The notes beneath the pieces were generated by a model. That model had not been told where the DNA came from, did not search any database, and saw only the letters and a list, made by a program, of their open reading frames with translations. This document shows positions 18,492 to 27,169 of a DNA stretch of 64,000 bases, piece after piece. The translations under genes were made by a program, and so were the position numbers. The stretch's first letter is position 1. Every line of letters starts with the position of its first letter. This stretch comes from Methanobacteriota archaeon (GTDB lineage Archaea > Thermoplasmatota > Thermoplasmata > Thermoplasmatales > ARK-15), in contig WSBC01000032.1 of assembly GCA_009758405.1 (NCBI GenBank), positions 3,136 through 67,135 on the forward strand. Direction: 5' to 3'.

Positions 18492-19459
18492 AAAATCTGA
18501 AAATATTAATAACAGGAGGAGCAGGCTTTATAGGTTCGCACGCTGTAGAAAGACTTTACAGGGAAAATCAGGTTACGGTATTTGATAATCTCTCATCCGG
18601 AAAGATTGAACATATAAAAAATTTCAATATAAAGTTTGTAAAGGGGGACGTAAGGAATAAAGAGGAAATACTCAAGGTAATGGAGGATAAGGATATTGTA
18701 TTACACCTGGCCGCAAACCCCGATGTGAGAAGGGGTGAGGTGGATAATTTTATTGATATGGAGGTAAATTTTATTGGTACATACAATGTCCTTGAATCCA
18801 TGAGGTTAAGAGATGTAAAGGGTATAATATTTTCATCCTCATCAACTATTTACGGTGAGGCCCCTATACCGACAAAAGAGGATTATGGACCTTTAGAACC
18901 CATATCCTTCTATGGTGCATCAAAACTTGCCGCTGAATCATATATATCGGCTTTTTCGCATATGTACGGTATAAAGGGAATTTCACTCAGGTTTGCAAAT
19001 GTTGTTGGCGCTAGAGGTACCCATGGGGTGATATACGACTTCATTAGAAAGTTAATGAAGGATAAAAGTAAACTGGAGATACTTGGAGACGGTACCCAAA
19101 CAAAATCTTATCTCCATGTGAGTGACTGTATTGATGGATTAATTTTCGCTTTTGAAAATTCTGTAAAGATTTACGATGAATATAATCTTGGAACAGAGGA
19201 TACCACCAATGTTCTTGAAATAGCAAGGATAGTTGTAGAGGAAATGAATTTAGAAAACGTAAGACTTTTTACCACAGGTGGCGAGGGTGGAAGGGGTTGG
19301 AAGGGTGATGTAAAGAATATGCATCTCTCAATAGATAAGATAAAATCTCTTGGATGGAGACCAAGGATGGGATCCACGGAAGCAGTTAGGTTAGCAGCAA
19401 GGGAGCTGATAGGTGAGATATATGGTAAGGAAAATACCAACAGCGGTAGCGGCCTTTGA
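18488..19459 (+). CDS. NAD-dependent sugar-nucleotide epimerase/dehydratase (extended SDR)
   Basis: ILITGGAGFIGSH Rossmann motif and catalytic YGASK. TTG start overlaps the upstream stop. Confidence 0.85.
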   Translation: MKNLKILITGGAGFIGSHAVERLYRENQVTVFDNLSSGKIEHIKNFNIKFVKGDVRNKEEILKVMEDKDIVLHLAANPDVRRGEVDNFIDMEVNFIGTYNVLESMRLRDVKGIIFSSSSTIYGEAPIPTKEDYGPLEPISFYGASKLAAESYISAFSHMYGIKGISLRFANVVGARGTHGVIYDFIRKLMKDKSKLEILGDGTQTKSYLHVSDCIDGLIFAFENSVKIYDEYNLGTEDTTNVLEIARIVVEEMNLENVRLFTTGGEGGRGWKGDVKNMHLSIDKIKSLGWRPRMGSTEAVRLAARELIGEIYGKENTNSGSGL

Positions 19460-20249
19460 TAGTATTATAAAGGGTGGTGTTCCAGAAGGATCACTTATCA
19501 TGTTAATGGGTGAACCAGGGGCAGGGGGTTTAGAGTTTGCAATCACATCAGCGAGCAAGCTATCAATAGCAAGAAAAAACCCTGAAAGAAGATCAACAAT
19601 AATAGGTGGATATAATGATGATACCTACATACCATCTAGTACTACATATGTAAGTATTACAAAGAATGAATGGGAGGTAAAAAGGCTAGTCTCTCTAACA
19701 GTAAATACCGACCTCTACAACTCATTTTTTGAAAACTTTAAAATGCGTGATCTCTCAGGTTTATATTTCAGGAATAGCTCTGTACCGAAGAGCTGGGTTT
19801 CTACTGGATCACTATTTGGACAGATTGAGGGTAGGGACATACTTGAAGAGATGGTGAAATTTTTGAATGAAAACGGGAATGATAGTGTTGTTATTATTGA
19901 CTCACTTACTGATCTAATTACATCGCCACAGATCAACCAAAATATTCTTATAGATGTAATAAAGGGCCTTGAGAAGGCTGCAAAGAAATGGTCAAGCATA
20001 ATATATCTAATATTAACTGAAGGAATTGCAGAAAAAAGGCTTGAACAGCTTATCTCAGATATAGTTGATGGCATACTTGTTTTCAGATGGTATTCAAGCG
20101 AGAAGTACACAATCAGGTTCAGATATCTTTATGTGCCAAAATTTATTGGGGTGCTTGCACATATAGAAGAGGAAAGGGTACTCAGGTTTCAGACAAAGGT
20201 GGACTACAATGATGGATTTATAGTTACATATACTGAAAGGATAAGGTGA
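19413..20249 (+). CDS. KaiC/RecA-like domain protein with degenerate Walker A
   Basis: FDSIIKGGVPEGSLIMLMGEPGAGGLEF aligns to the KaiC-like G-x-PG-x-GKT region, but Lys-Thr is replaced by Gly-Leu. Walker B-like VVIIDSLTDL is retained. Confidence 0.65.
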   Translation: MRYMVRKIPTAVAAFDSIIKGGVPEGSLIMLMGEPGAGGLEFAITSASKLSIARKNPERRSTIIGGYNDDTYIPSSTTYVSITKNEWEVKRLVSLTVNTDLYNSFFENFKMRDLSGLYFRNSSVPKSWVSTGSLFGQIEGRDILEEMVKFLNENGNDSVVIIDSLTDLITSPQINQNILIDVIKGLEKAAKKWSSIIYLILTEGIAEKRLEQLISDIVDGILVFRWYSSEKYTIRFRYLYVPKFIGVLAHIEEERVLRFQTKVDYNDGFIVTYTERIR

Positions 20250-20254
20250 TAAAA

Positions 20255-20935
20255 ATGGAAAGGGTAAAGACTGGTATATATGGTCTTGACGAACTTATTG
20301 GAGGAGGAATTCCAAAGGGGCATACGGTGGCGGTAATTGGTCCCTTCGGAACTGGAAAGACCACGTTTGGGATGCAATTTTTAAACTATGGTCTTCAAAA
20401 TGGTGAAAGATGCATATTTATAAGCCTTGAAGAAGAAAAAGAATCCATAATTAGGACATCAGAGGCCTTTGGATGGAGATTTGGAGAATATGTTAAGAAT
20501 GGAATGCTGACAATAATAAGGCTTGATCCACAGGATGCAAAGGCAACAATGACAAGGATAGAGGGGGATATTTCACAGGAGATAATGGCTACGGGTGCAC
20601 AAAGACTGGTTTTTGATTCTGCAACACTCTTAACTATGATGTTCAGGGAAGAGCATGAGAAGAGGGGAATACTTTTCTCTCTTTCAAGGGCTGTGAAAAT
20701 GGCAGGCGTAACCTCAATATTCACGGGTGAGGTAAATCCAGCAAATCATCTTATTTCAAGGGATGGTCTACTGGAGTATGTGGTTGATGGAGTAATATCC
20801 CTTGATTTAATGAAGGAGGAGTACAAGCTAAGGCTAGTCCTTCAAATATTGAAAATGAGGATGACATCGCATTCCAGAGATGTACATCCCTTTTATATAA
20901 AAGAAAATGGTATAGAGGTTTTACCTAGCTTTTAG
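20255..20935 (+). CDS. KaiC-like RecA-superfamily ATPase (intact P-loop)
   Basis: GIYGLDELIGGGIPKGHTVAVIGPFGTGKTTFGMQF (Walker A) and RLVFDS (Walker B). GGTGAT Shine-Dalgarno lies 4 nt upstream of ATG 20255. The listed GTG 20246 start is less likely. Confidence 0.8.
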   Translation: MERVKTGIYGLDELIGGGIPKGHTVAVIGPFGTGKTTFGMQFLNYGLQNGERCIFISLEEEKESIIRTSEAFGWRFGEYVKNGMLTIIRLDPQDAKATMTRIEGDISQEIMATGAQRLVFDSATLLTMMFREEHEKRGILFSLSRAVKMAGVTSIFTGEVNPANHLISRDGLLEYVVDGVISLDLMKEEYKLRLVLQILKMRMTSHSRDVHPFYIKENGIEVLPSF

Positions 20936-21556
20936 TTACTCCGAAAATGATTCGCCCTTCGGAAAATTTTTTGTAACATAATCTATTATTACATTCCTGT
21001 CCTTTCTAAGATGTGATTCATACCACTTTGTAATTAGGTTAAATAGTATATCATGTATCTCGTCAAGTGAGGCGGATTGTACTGGCTTATCATATAGAAT
21101 GTACTGTGTATATACCCTCTTCCAGCCAGAATACTTGTAATATTTCTCACCCTCACAAAATTCGAAGAGCATCCTTATCCTTTCACCATCACCAGGATTA
21201 TAATAATTGATCTTTAATGAATCCCCAGTTCTTCCCTGCTCCCTTGTTGTATCAATAAGTGCCAAACTATCTAAAGCACCGAAGTTAAAATCATCCTTAA
21301 GCTTCCACACTGTAGGAAAATCTGTAAATGTAGCCCACTGAGTGTAGGGTGGTTCCATATTAAAATGAATGTTTATATCACCAAACTTTAGGTAGATCCT
21401 CCAAAGATCCTGCACCAAATTTTCATTTATCTCCTTCTTTTTTCCAGACTCAACATTTATTGACTTTAAAATCTCTTCCGTCTTTTTATTGAGCTCATTT
21501 TCAAGCTTCTTGAACCAATCCTCATTGCCCTTTCCTTCAGATGTCTTAGCTACCAT
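20936..21556 (-). CDS. Hypothetical protein (N-terminal coiled coil plus Trp/Tyr-rich globular domain)
   Basis: A 206-aa ORF fills the whole space between flanking genes. I recognise no family. Confidence 0.5.
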   Translation of the reverse strand: MVAKTSEGKGNEDWFKKLENELNKKTEEILKSINVESGKKKEINENLVQDLWRIYLKFGDINIHFNMEPPYTQWATFTDFPTVWKLKDDFNFGALDSLALIDTTREQGRTGDSLKINYYNPGDGERIRMLFEFCEGEKYYKYSGWKRVYTQYILYDKPVQSASLDEIHDILFNLITKWYESHLRKDRNVIIDYVTKNFPKGESFSE

Positions 21557-21667
21557 ATGTGATCCCTAAATATGTAAAGGTTTTATATTTATATAAATGT
21601 TATGTTAAAGAGACCAATTTTCGTATTATTAATATATACATAATACTTTTACCCTAAAGGTGAAAAC

Positions 21668-22984
21668 ATGAGGAAGGTAATTATAATGGGAGCGGCTGGA
21701 AGAGACTTTCATAACTTCAACTTTTTTTTCAGGGATAACAGAGATTATAAGGTTGTTGCATTTACTGCCACCCAGATACCTAACATAGAGAATCGAAAAT
21801 ACCCCAAGGAACTAGCTGGATCACTTTATCCTGAAGGTATTCCAATTTATCCTGAAGAAGAACTTCCCGAGTTAATTAAGAAGTTCAATGTGGATGAGGT
21901 TGTTTTTGCATACAGTGATGTTAGCCATGAATATGTTATGCACAAGGCAAGTATTGCAATTTCTGCTGGGGCAGATTTCAGGCTAATGGGTGCAGGCTCA
22001 ACCATGCTAAAGAGTAAAAAGCCTGTAATATCCATTTGTGCAGTAAGAACAGGATCTGGAAAGAGCCAGACAACTAGAAAGGTATCGGAGATATTGAAAA
22101 AGAAAGGAAAGAAGGTAGTGGTAGTGCGGCATCCAATGCCATATGGGGACCTTGTCAAACAAAAGGTTCAGAGGTTTGCAACAATGGATGATCTTGATAA
22201 GTATGATTGCACAATAGAGGAAAGAGAGGAATATGAGCCACACATTAGGAATGGCACTGTTGTTTATGCAGGGGTAGATTATGAAGAAATCTTGAGGGAG
22301 GCAGAGAAGGAGGCAGATATTATACTTTGGGATGGGGGCAACAATGACATCCCATTCTATAAACCAGATTTACATATAGTTGTAGCAGATCCTCACAGGG
22401 CAGGTCACGAAATGACCTACCATCCAGGTGAGGCAAATTTCAGAATGGCAGATGTTATTATTATTAACAAAGAAGAAACTGCACCTAAGGAGGGTATTGA
22501 TCTTATAAGGGAGCATATTGCCCAGGTAAATCCAAGGGCAATAGTTATTGATGCTGCTTCTCCGTTCTTTATCGATAATCCAGAGATTATCAGGGGCAAG
22601 AAGGTACTTGCCATTGAGGATGGACCAACACTTACCCATGGGGAGATGAGTTATGGGGCAGCAGTTCTTGCATCAAAGAAGTATGGAGCCTCAGAGCTTG
22701 TTGATGCAAAACCCTATGCAGTAGGAACAATACTGGAAACATTTAATAAATACAGGCAGATAAGGAATTATCTTCCAGCAATGGGATATGGAGAGAAACA
22801 GGTGAAGGATCTCCAGGAAACAATAAACAATACACCGTGTGATCTCGTTGTTTCTGCAACACCAATAGACCTCACAAGGATAATGAAAATTAACAAGCCA
22901 ATTGTCAGGGTAAGATATGAACTTGATGAAATAGGGAAACCAGATCTTGAGGAAGTGTTAACAAAATTTTTATCTAAATTTTAA
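21668..22984 (+). CDS. COG2403-like P-loop protein (predicted GTPase / cyclic 2,3-diphosphoglycerate synthetase family)
   Basis: N-terminal IIMGAAGRDFHNFN and internal P-loop AVRTGSGKSQTT. Length is about 440 aa. GGTGA Shine-Dalgarno lies 4 nt upstream. Family assignment is from memory. Confidence 0.6.
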   Translation: MRKVIIMGAAGRDFHNFNFFFRDNRDYKVVAFTATQIPNIENRKYPKELAGSLYPEGIPIYPEEELPELIKKFNVDEVVFAYSDVSHEYVMHKASIAISAGADFRLMGAGSTMLKSKKPVISICAVRTGSGKSQTTRKVSEILKKKGKKVVVVRHPMPYGDLVKQKVQRFATMDDLDKYDCTIEEREEYEPHIRNGTVVYAGVDYEEILREAEKEADIILWDGGNNDIPFYKPDLHIVVADPHRAGHEMTYHPGEANFRMADVIIINKEETAPKEGIDLIREHIAQVNPRAIVIDAASPFFIDNPEIIRGKKVLAIEDGPTLTHGEMSYGAAVLASKKYGASELVDAKPYAVGTILETFNKYRQIRNYLPAMGYGEKQVKDLQETINNTPCDLVVSATPIDLTRIMKINKPIVRVRYELDEIGKPDLEEVLTKFLSKF

Positions 22985-22989
22985 TTTTT

Positions 22990-23376
22990 ATGTATTTTCT
23001 AAATCCATTTCAGGCGGCAGTTGCATCTTCCCTTGTTGTGGTATTATATGGTATATTTTATGAAAGAAGGACACCTTCTTCCACAAGTATCCTGTTTAAC
23101 CTGATGAGTTTTCTTGTAATACTTGCATCTATAGACCTCCCTCCCCTAGTCTTTCTTTTCCTTTTACTTTACGTGCTTCTTGGTTATATAATTGTAAAGA
23201 TTAAAATAAAGTCACTTTATTTTATCTTTGGATCTAAGTCATTCGGCTCACTCATGCTCGTTTTGATACTGGGCTCCCATAGTTACTTCTTTGGTATATA
23301 TACACCTCTCTCGGTCACTATATCTTGGCTTGTTGTAGGTATTATAGTTCATCTTATTTCTTACTTGGTGAAATAA
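22990..23376 (+). CDS. Small integral membrane protein (about 4 TM)
   Basis: 128 aa and hydrophobic. Lies 5 nt after the upstream gene and 1 nt before the next. Confidence 0.5.
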   Translation: MYFLNPFQAAVASSLVVVLYGIFYERRTPSSTSILFNLMSFLVILASIDLPPLVFLFLLLYVLLGYIIVKIKIKSLYFIFGSKSFGSLMLVLILGSHSYFFGIYTPLSVTISWLVVGIIVHLISYLVK

Positions 23377-23377
23377 T

Positions 23378-23644
23378 GTGAAAAAGAATCCACTACAGGA
23401 TTTAATTAATAAAATAGTCTGGAAAAATATAGAGGCAAATATTGAGTACATTGATAGGTATGAAGGAATAAGGATAAAAAGATTGGATCCCAGACAAATA
23501 TTAAAAGCAGGGACCTCCTTTATTATATTGAAGGATGGATCTATGATTCCATATCACAGAATTACAACTATAGAATTTGAGGGAAAAATATTTTACAGTA
23601 AAAGGGATGATTATAAGAAATGGACAGGGAAAAATACTTCCTAG
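23378..23644 (+). CDS. DUF504/UPF0248 (MJ1316-like) small protein
   Basis: 88 aa. The IPYHRI...I..EGKIFYSKR pattern is typical of the archaeal UPF0248/DUF504 family. GTG start. Recalled similarity only. Confidence 0.55.
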   Translation: MKKNPLQDLINKIVWKNIEANIEYIDRYEGIRIKRLDPRQILKAGTSFIILKDGSMIPYHRITTIEFEGKIFYSKRDDYKKWTGKNTS

Positions 23645-25344
23645 ATCTGAGAAACAGTCTGTTTAGATCACCTAATGTTTATGTTAGTCTAGGTACTGTG
23701 CTTCTTATACTTGCCATATATGAAATTATTGTAAGGATAGCACTTCAAACATATTTCCTTCTATTTATAATTCCCTATCTATTATTGATAGCAATTGATT
23801 CCATTAGCTTTAAGATTACAAATCAATATTTCCCTCCGGAGAGGTTGTTTCTTTTAGAAGAGATAGTTTTTATTTTTGTTTTCATTGTCTATTTATTATT
23901 TTCATTGGTATTTTCACAGAAAATAGTTGTGGCTTTGCTTCTTTCAATTTCACTTTCTTCCTTCCTTAGGTATCTTTTCTTAAAACCATTCCTGAATGTG
24001 GGAGAAAAAACTTTAGCAATTCTTTCAATGAACTATGGTATAGCTATAACAGTAACATTCATATTTTCAAATAATTCTTTAATTTATCTCATACCTTTTT
24101 ACATCTCCCTAATAATGTTTTATTTTTCTTCAAGGTTCTTTATTTTTTATCTTTCAAGGGAATTCAAGAGGGAATATGACCTTGATCCTGTAAAGTATGT
24201 GGGATATTTTATAAACTATTTATCAACACAGAAACCAGAGGAAATGCTTTCACTTAATAACTTCCTTAATGTGATGTATTCTGTCAAGGAGCTTCCTCTG
24301 CAGGTAATAGCCCTTAGGAAAAAAAACAATGATTTGAAGGCACTTCTTATTTTTCCCTATGTACATCCCGGACCTTTTGGTGAAATAGGTTGTAGCAATC
24401 TACCATTAAGAATCGCAAATGATCTTGAAGGATTAACAAAAAATGTAATGGTATTCCATACATCCTGTACACACGATGAGAATTGCTCAGGAGGGGAAGA
24501 TTTTGTAAAGATTTCGGAGGCAATCAAGAAATCCATTAGGGTAATGAAATTTTATAAAGAGGGGGGACCAGTCTTAAGATACTCAGGAAAAATAAATGCA
24601 AGATGCCAGATTCTTGGAGATACATTAGTACTTTCTTTAATTCCTGTTTCAGAGGGTTTTGATGATGTTTCAATAGACACAGGTATGAAGATTATGAGAA
24701 AAATGAAATCATCAAACATAAGGAATGTTGTTGTAATAGACTCACACAATAGCTTTGATCCAAACTACAGAATACTTAAGGAAATAGATAATGACACTAT
24801 TAAAGGAATAAAAGAATGTATTTCCAAAGGATATAGAGGAAAAATTTATGCAGGTATTTCCAAAATAGACTATAAGTCAGGGAGTGTAGGTCCTATGGGC
24901 ATAGAGACACTGGTGATAAGGACAGAGGGATCCTATGCCTACATTCTAATAGATGGAAATAATATTAAAAAGGGACTGAGGGAAAAAATATTAGAAAATA
25001 TTAGTGATCTTGTAGATGATGCTGAGGTATATTCCACGGACAACCACATTGTGAATATGGATCCAAAGGATCTAAATCCCATTGGAAATAAGGATGATGA
25101 GTCCATATTATTGAAGGAAATTAGGAAATCCGTTATTGATGCTATAAATGATCTTGAAGAGGTAGAATCTGGTACTCATACAACAAAGGTGATGGTAAAG
25201 GTGGGTGGAAAAGGATATGTTGAAAGGATGTCAGAAATAGTAAACAGAATGGTGAAGAGGCTTAAGGTATCAATAATCATTGCAATATTAAGTTTCTTAA
25301 TTTCTGTTCTTATATTCTCTGTTACATTTATATTAATAAAATAA
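23620..25344 (+). CDS. Multi-pass membrane protein with large soluble domain and C-terminal TM anchor (DUF2070-like)
   Basis: 574 aa. About 6 N-terminal TM helices, a roughly 330-aa soluble region, and a terminal TM. Overlaps the upstream gene by 25 nt. Confidence 0.55.
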   Translation: MDREKYFLDLRNSLFRSPNVYVSLGTVLLILAIYEIIVRIALQTYFLLFIIPYLLLIAIDSISFKITNQYFPPERLFLLEEIVFIFVFIVYLLFSLVFSQKIVVALLLSISLSSFLRYLFLKPFLNVGEKTLAILSMNYGIAITVTFIFSNNSLIYLIPFYISLIMFYFSSRFFIFYLSREFKREYDLDPVKYVGYFINYLSTQKPEEMLSLNNFLNVMYSVKELPLQVIALRKKNNDLKALLIFPYVHPGPFGEIGCSNLPLRIANDLEGLTKNVMVFHTSCTHDENCSGGEDFVKISEAIKKSIRVMKFYKEGGPVLRYSGKINARCQILGDTLVLSLIPVSEGFDDVSIDTGMKIMRKMKSSNIRNVVVIDSHNSFDPNYRILKEIDNDTIKGIKECISKGYRGKIYAGISKIDYKSGSVGPMGIETLVIRTEGSYAYILIDGNNIKKGLREKILENISDLVDDAEVYSTDNHIVNMDPKDLNPIGNKDDESILLKEIRKSVIDAINDLEEVESGTHTTKVMVKVGGKGYVERMSEIVNRMVKRLKVSIIIAILSFLISVLIFSVTFILIK

Positions 25345-25348
25345 TTGT

Positions 25349-25864
25349 TTATTGAACCTCATCAGTTTTTGAAATCTCTTTAATCCTGTTTACACCATCT
25401 ATTTCTTTTATTATCTCTGCAACTTCTGGTGGAACAAGCTCCTCCCAATTTTCGTCCATGAGCATTCTCCTCCTTACTTCTTTCCCAGAATAAACCTCAC
25501 GTTTATACATAGGTGGTGTTATAACATGATAGCCCCTTTCCTGAAAAAGTCTTCTAGTTAATGGATTAGCTGCATATACTTGGTTAAATGGTGGTGCTAT
25601 TGCCTCTATGTGTGCTACCCAGAGTGCATTCCTGTATATATCCTCTATTGGTACAAGATAAAAATTGTATATCTTTTTACTTTCAAGAGAATTTGAAATC
25701 ATTAGATGCCTTTCACCAGCTGTAAATGGATTTTCCTTTGTATGTGATTCCTGTGCACTTCCAATACCTATTATAACTGAATCATATTCCTTTGTAAGTT
25801 TTTCCACCAGTTCCATGTGGCCCAGATGGAAGGGCTGAAACCTTCCTATTATAAAAGCCCTCAT
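25349..25864 (-). CDS. Nicotinamide-nucleotide adenylyltransferase (archaeal type)
   Basis: MRAFIIGRFQPFHLGHMELV (HxGH cytidylyltransferase motif). 171 aa, as for archaeal NMNAT. Confidence 0.9.
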   Translation of the reverse strand: MRAFIIGRFQPFHLGHMELVEKLTKEYDSVIIGIGSAQESHTKENPFTAGERHLMISNSLESKKIYNFYLVPIEDIYRNALWVAHIEAIAPPFNQVYAANPLTRRLFQERGYHVITPPMYKREVYSGKEVRRRMLMDENWEELVPPEVAEIIKEIDGVNRIKEISKTDEVQ

Positions 25865-26213
25865 TGAAACTGAATTTAATATATACTATTTTAAACTTAT
25901 CTTAAAAGTAATACATTAGAAATTTTTCAATTATCCATCATCAAATTTTAAAATACGAATTTATATTTTTAAAAATTTTTTTAGCAAAAATAATAACCTT
26001 TTTTAACAAATTTTAATGTTCAAATACTCATTTAAAAACTCCTTTATTAATAATTGGTTTAAAGCTTATTTTTATATTTTTCAAGCCTTCCTTCGAGAAA
26101 ATTAAACAAGTAATTTTCATATATGATACATTATAATAATAAAAATTTATCATTATTTTCATTTTGAAAAATTTAAATAGTCATTTATCTTAACAATCCA
26201 GGAGTGATTTTAA

Positions 26214-26531
26214 ATGATGGGCAGTGAAGATGAAGAACAGGTAATGGGGCAAGTTTTCGGGGGATTCATCACTGCAGTCATAGGCCTGAAGGTTGATACT
26301 GCACATATAGAAAATATTGCAAGGCTCCTTAGAGAGAGCCCCAATGTTGAAGATCTTTTTCTTGTTACAGGTGATCTAGACTTGATTTTAAAGGTAAAGT
26401 TTCTAAACTATAAGGATCTTAAGGAGTTCATACTTGAAAAGGTGGGGAAATTGGAGGGAATTCAAGATACTTCAACAATGATAGTAGTGGCCCCCTACAA
26501 AGAAAGGGGTGTAATGTTAAGCGAGAAATGA
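26214..26531 (+). CDS. Stand-alone Lrp/AsnC ligand-binding (RAM) domain protein
   Basis: ITAVIGLKV...PNVEDLFLVTGDLDLILKVKFLNYKDLKEFI..KVGKLEGIQDTSTMIV matches the C-terminal RAM domain. There is no HTH. GGAGTGAT Shine-Dalgarno upstream. Confidence 0.7.
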   Translation: MMGSEDEEQVMGQVFGGFITAVIGLKVDTAHIENIARLLRESPNVEDLFLVTGDLDLILKVKFLNYKDLKEFILEKVGKLEGIQDTSTMIVVAPYKERGVMLSEK

Positions 26532-26542
26532 GGTGATGTAAT

Positions 26543-26812
26543 ATGTCAAAGACTGATGAAGAATTAAAGGCAGTATTGGATATGCTCGATGATTTAATAG
26601 GGGATCAATCAATACCAAGAAATCTTAGAAAGGTGATAACTGAAACAAAAGAGAAACTTTTAAACAAGAAGGAAAGCCTAGATCTAAAAATTGCGAGTGC
26701 AATATTTGCGCTTGAAGATCTTGTAAATGATCCTAGCCTTCCTATACATGCTAGGAGCTCAATATTTACAATAATAGGGAGACTTGAATCTATTTCAAGT
26801 TCAATTTCCTGA
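26543..26812 (+). CDS. UPF0147-family small helical protein
   Basis: 89 aa. The DQSIPRNLRKVI...LEDLVNDPSLPIHARSSIFTIIGRLE pattern matches archaeal UPF0147. GGTGAT Shine-Dalgarno lies 5 nt upstream. Confidence 0.65.
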   Translation: MSKTDEELKAVLDMLDDLIGDQSIPRNLRKVITETKEKLLNKKESLDLKIASAIFALEDLVNDPSLPIHARSSIFTIIGRLESISSSIS

Positions 26813-27169
26813 AATTATTTTAAAGAAATCTTTTAAGGAAAGTATAAAGATTATTATTAAAAAAACAGCATAGACGGCACCAAGCACAATATCTGTAAAG
26901 GTTGAAAGTGAAAGTAATGAAAATGTAAACATAATTAATACTGTTATTAAAATAACATATATTGCAAGAAACATCCTGTTCATTACATCCATTAATGATT
27001 CTTCCTTCTCAGTCCCATTAATATATGAAAGCATTATTCCCAAAAAGAAAATAAGGGCTAATATACCAATTAAATAGATGTTTATTGAAAAAAAGCCTAG
27101 GTACAATGACAAAAAATAAATTGAAAAGAATGAAATCGAGTCAAATATTGGTGTGTATTTTCTTTTCAT
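26801..27169 (-). CDS. Small membrane protein (about 4 TM)
   Basis: 122 aa and hydrophobic. Its start codon overlaps the stop of the upstream 57-aa ORF (ATGA). Confidence 0.5.
   Translation of the reverse strand: MKRKYTPIFDSISFFSIYFLSLYLGFFSINIYLIGILALIFFLGIMLSYINGTEKEESLMDVMNRMFLAIYVILITVLIMFTFSLLSLSTFTDIVLGAVYAVFLIIIFILSLKDFFKIISGN

Noticed and set aside
19413-19459. The 47-nt overlap between the epimerase 3' end and the first kaiC-like gene as evidence for a frameshift fusion.
   Set aside because: Both proteins are complete by homology (the epimerase C-terminus and the KaiC-like N-terminus are both present). The overlap fits the generally compact gene packing.
25930-25950. A UGAUGA (C-box-like) motif on the minus strand as a possible C/D-box sRNA.
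   Set aside because: There is no matching CUGA D box at an appropriate distance and no terminal stem.
26016-26105. A 29-aa ORF (MFKYSFKNSFINNWFKAYFYIFQAFLREN) in the long spacer.
   Set aside because: There is no Shine-Dalgarno, the composition simply mirrors AT-rich DNA, and chance occurrence is likely.
25865-26213. The AT-rich 350-bp spacer considered as a replication origin.
   Set aside because: I could see no repeated ORB-like elements and no adjacent orc1/cdc6. AT-richness alone is insufficient. It is kept only as a low-interest finding.
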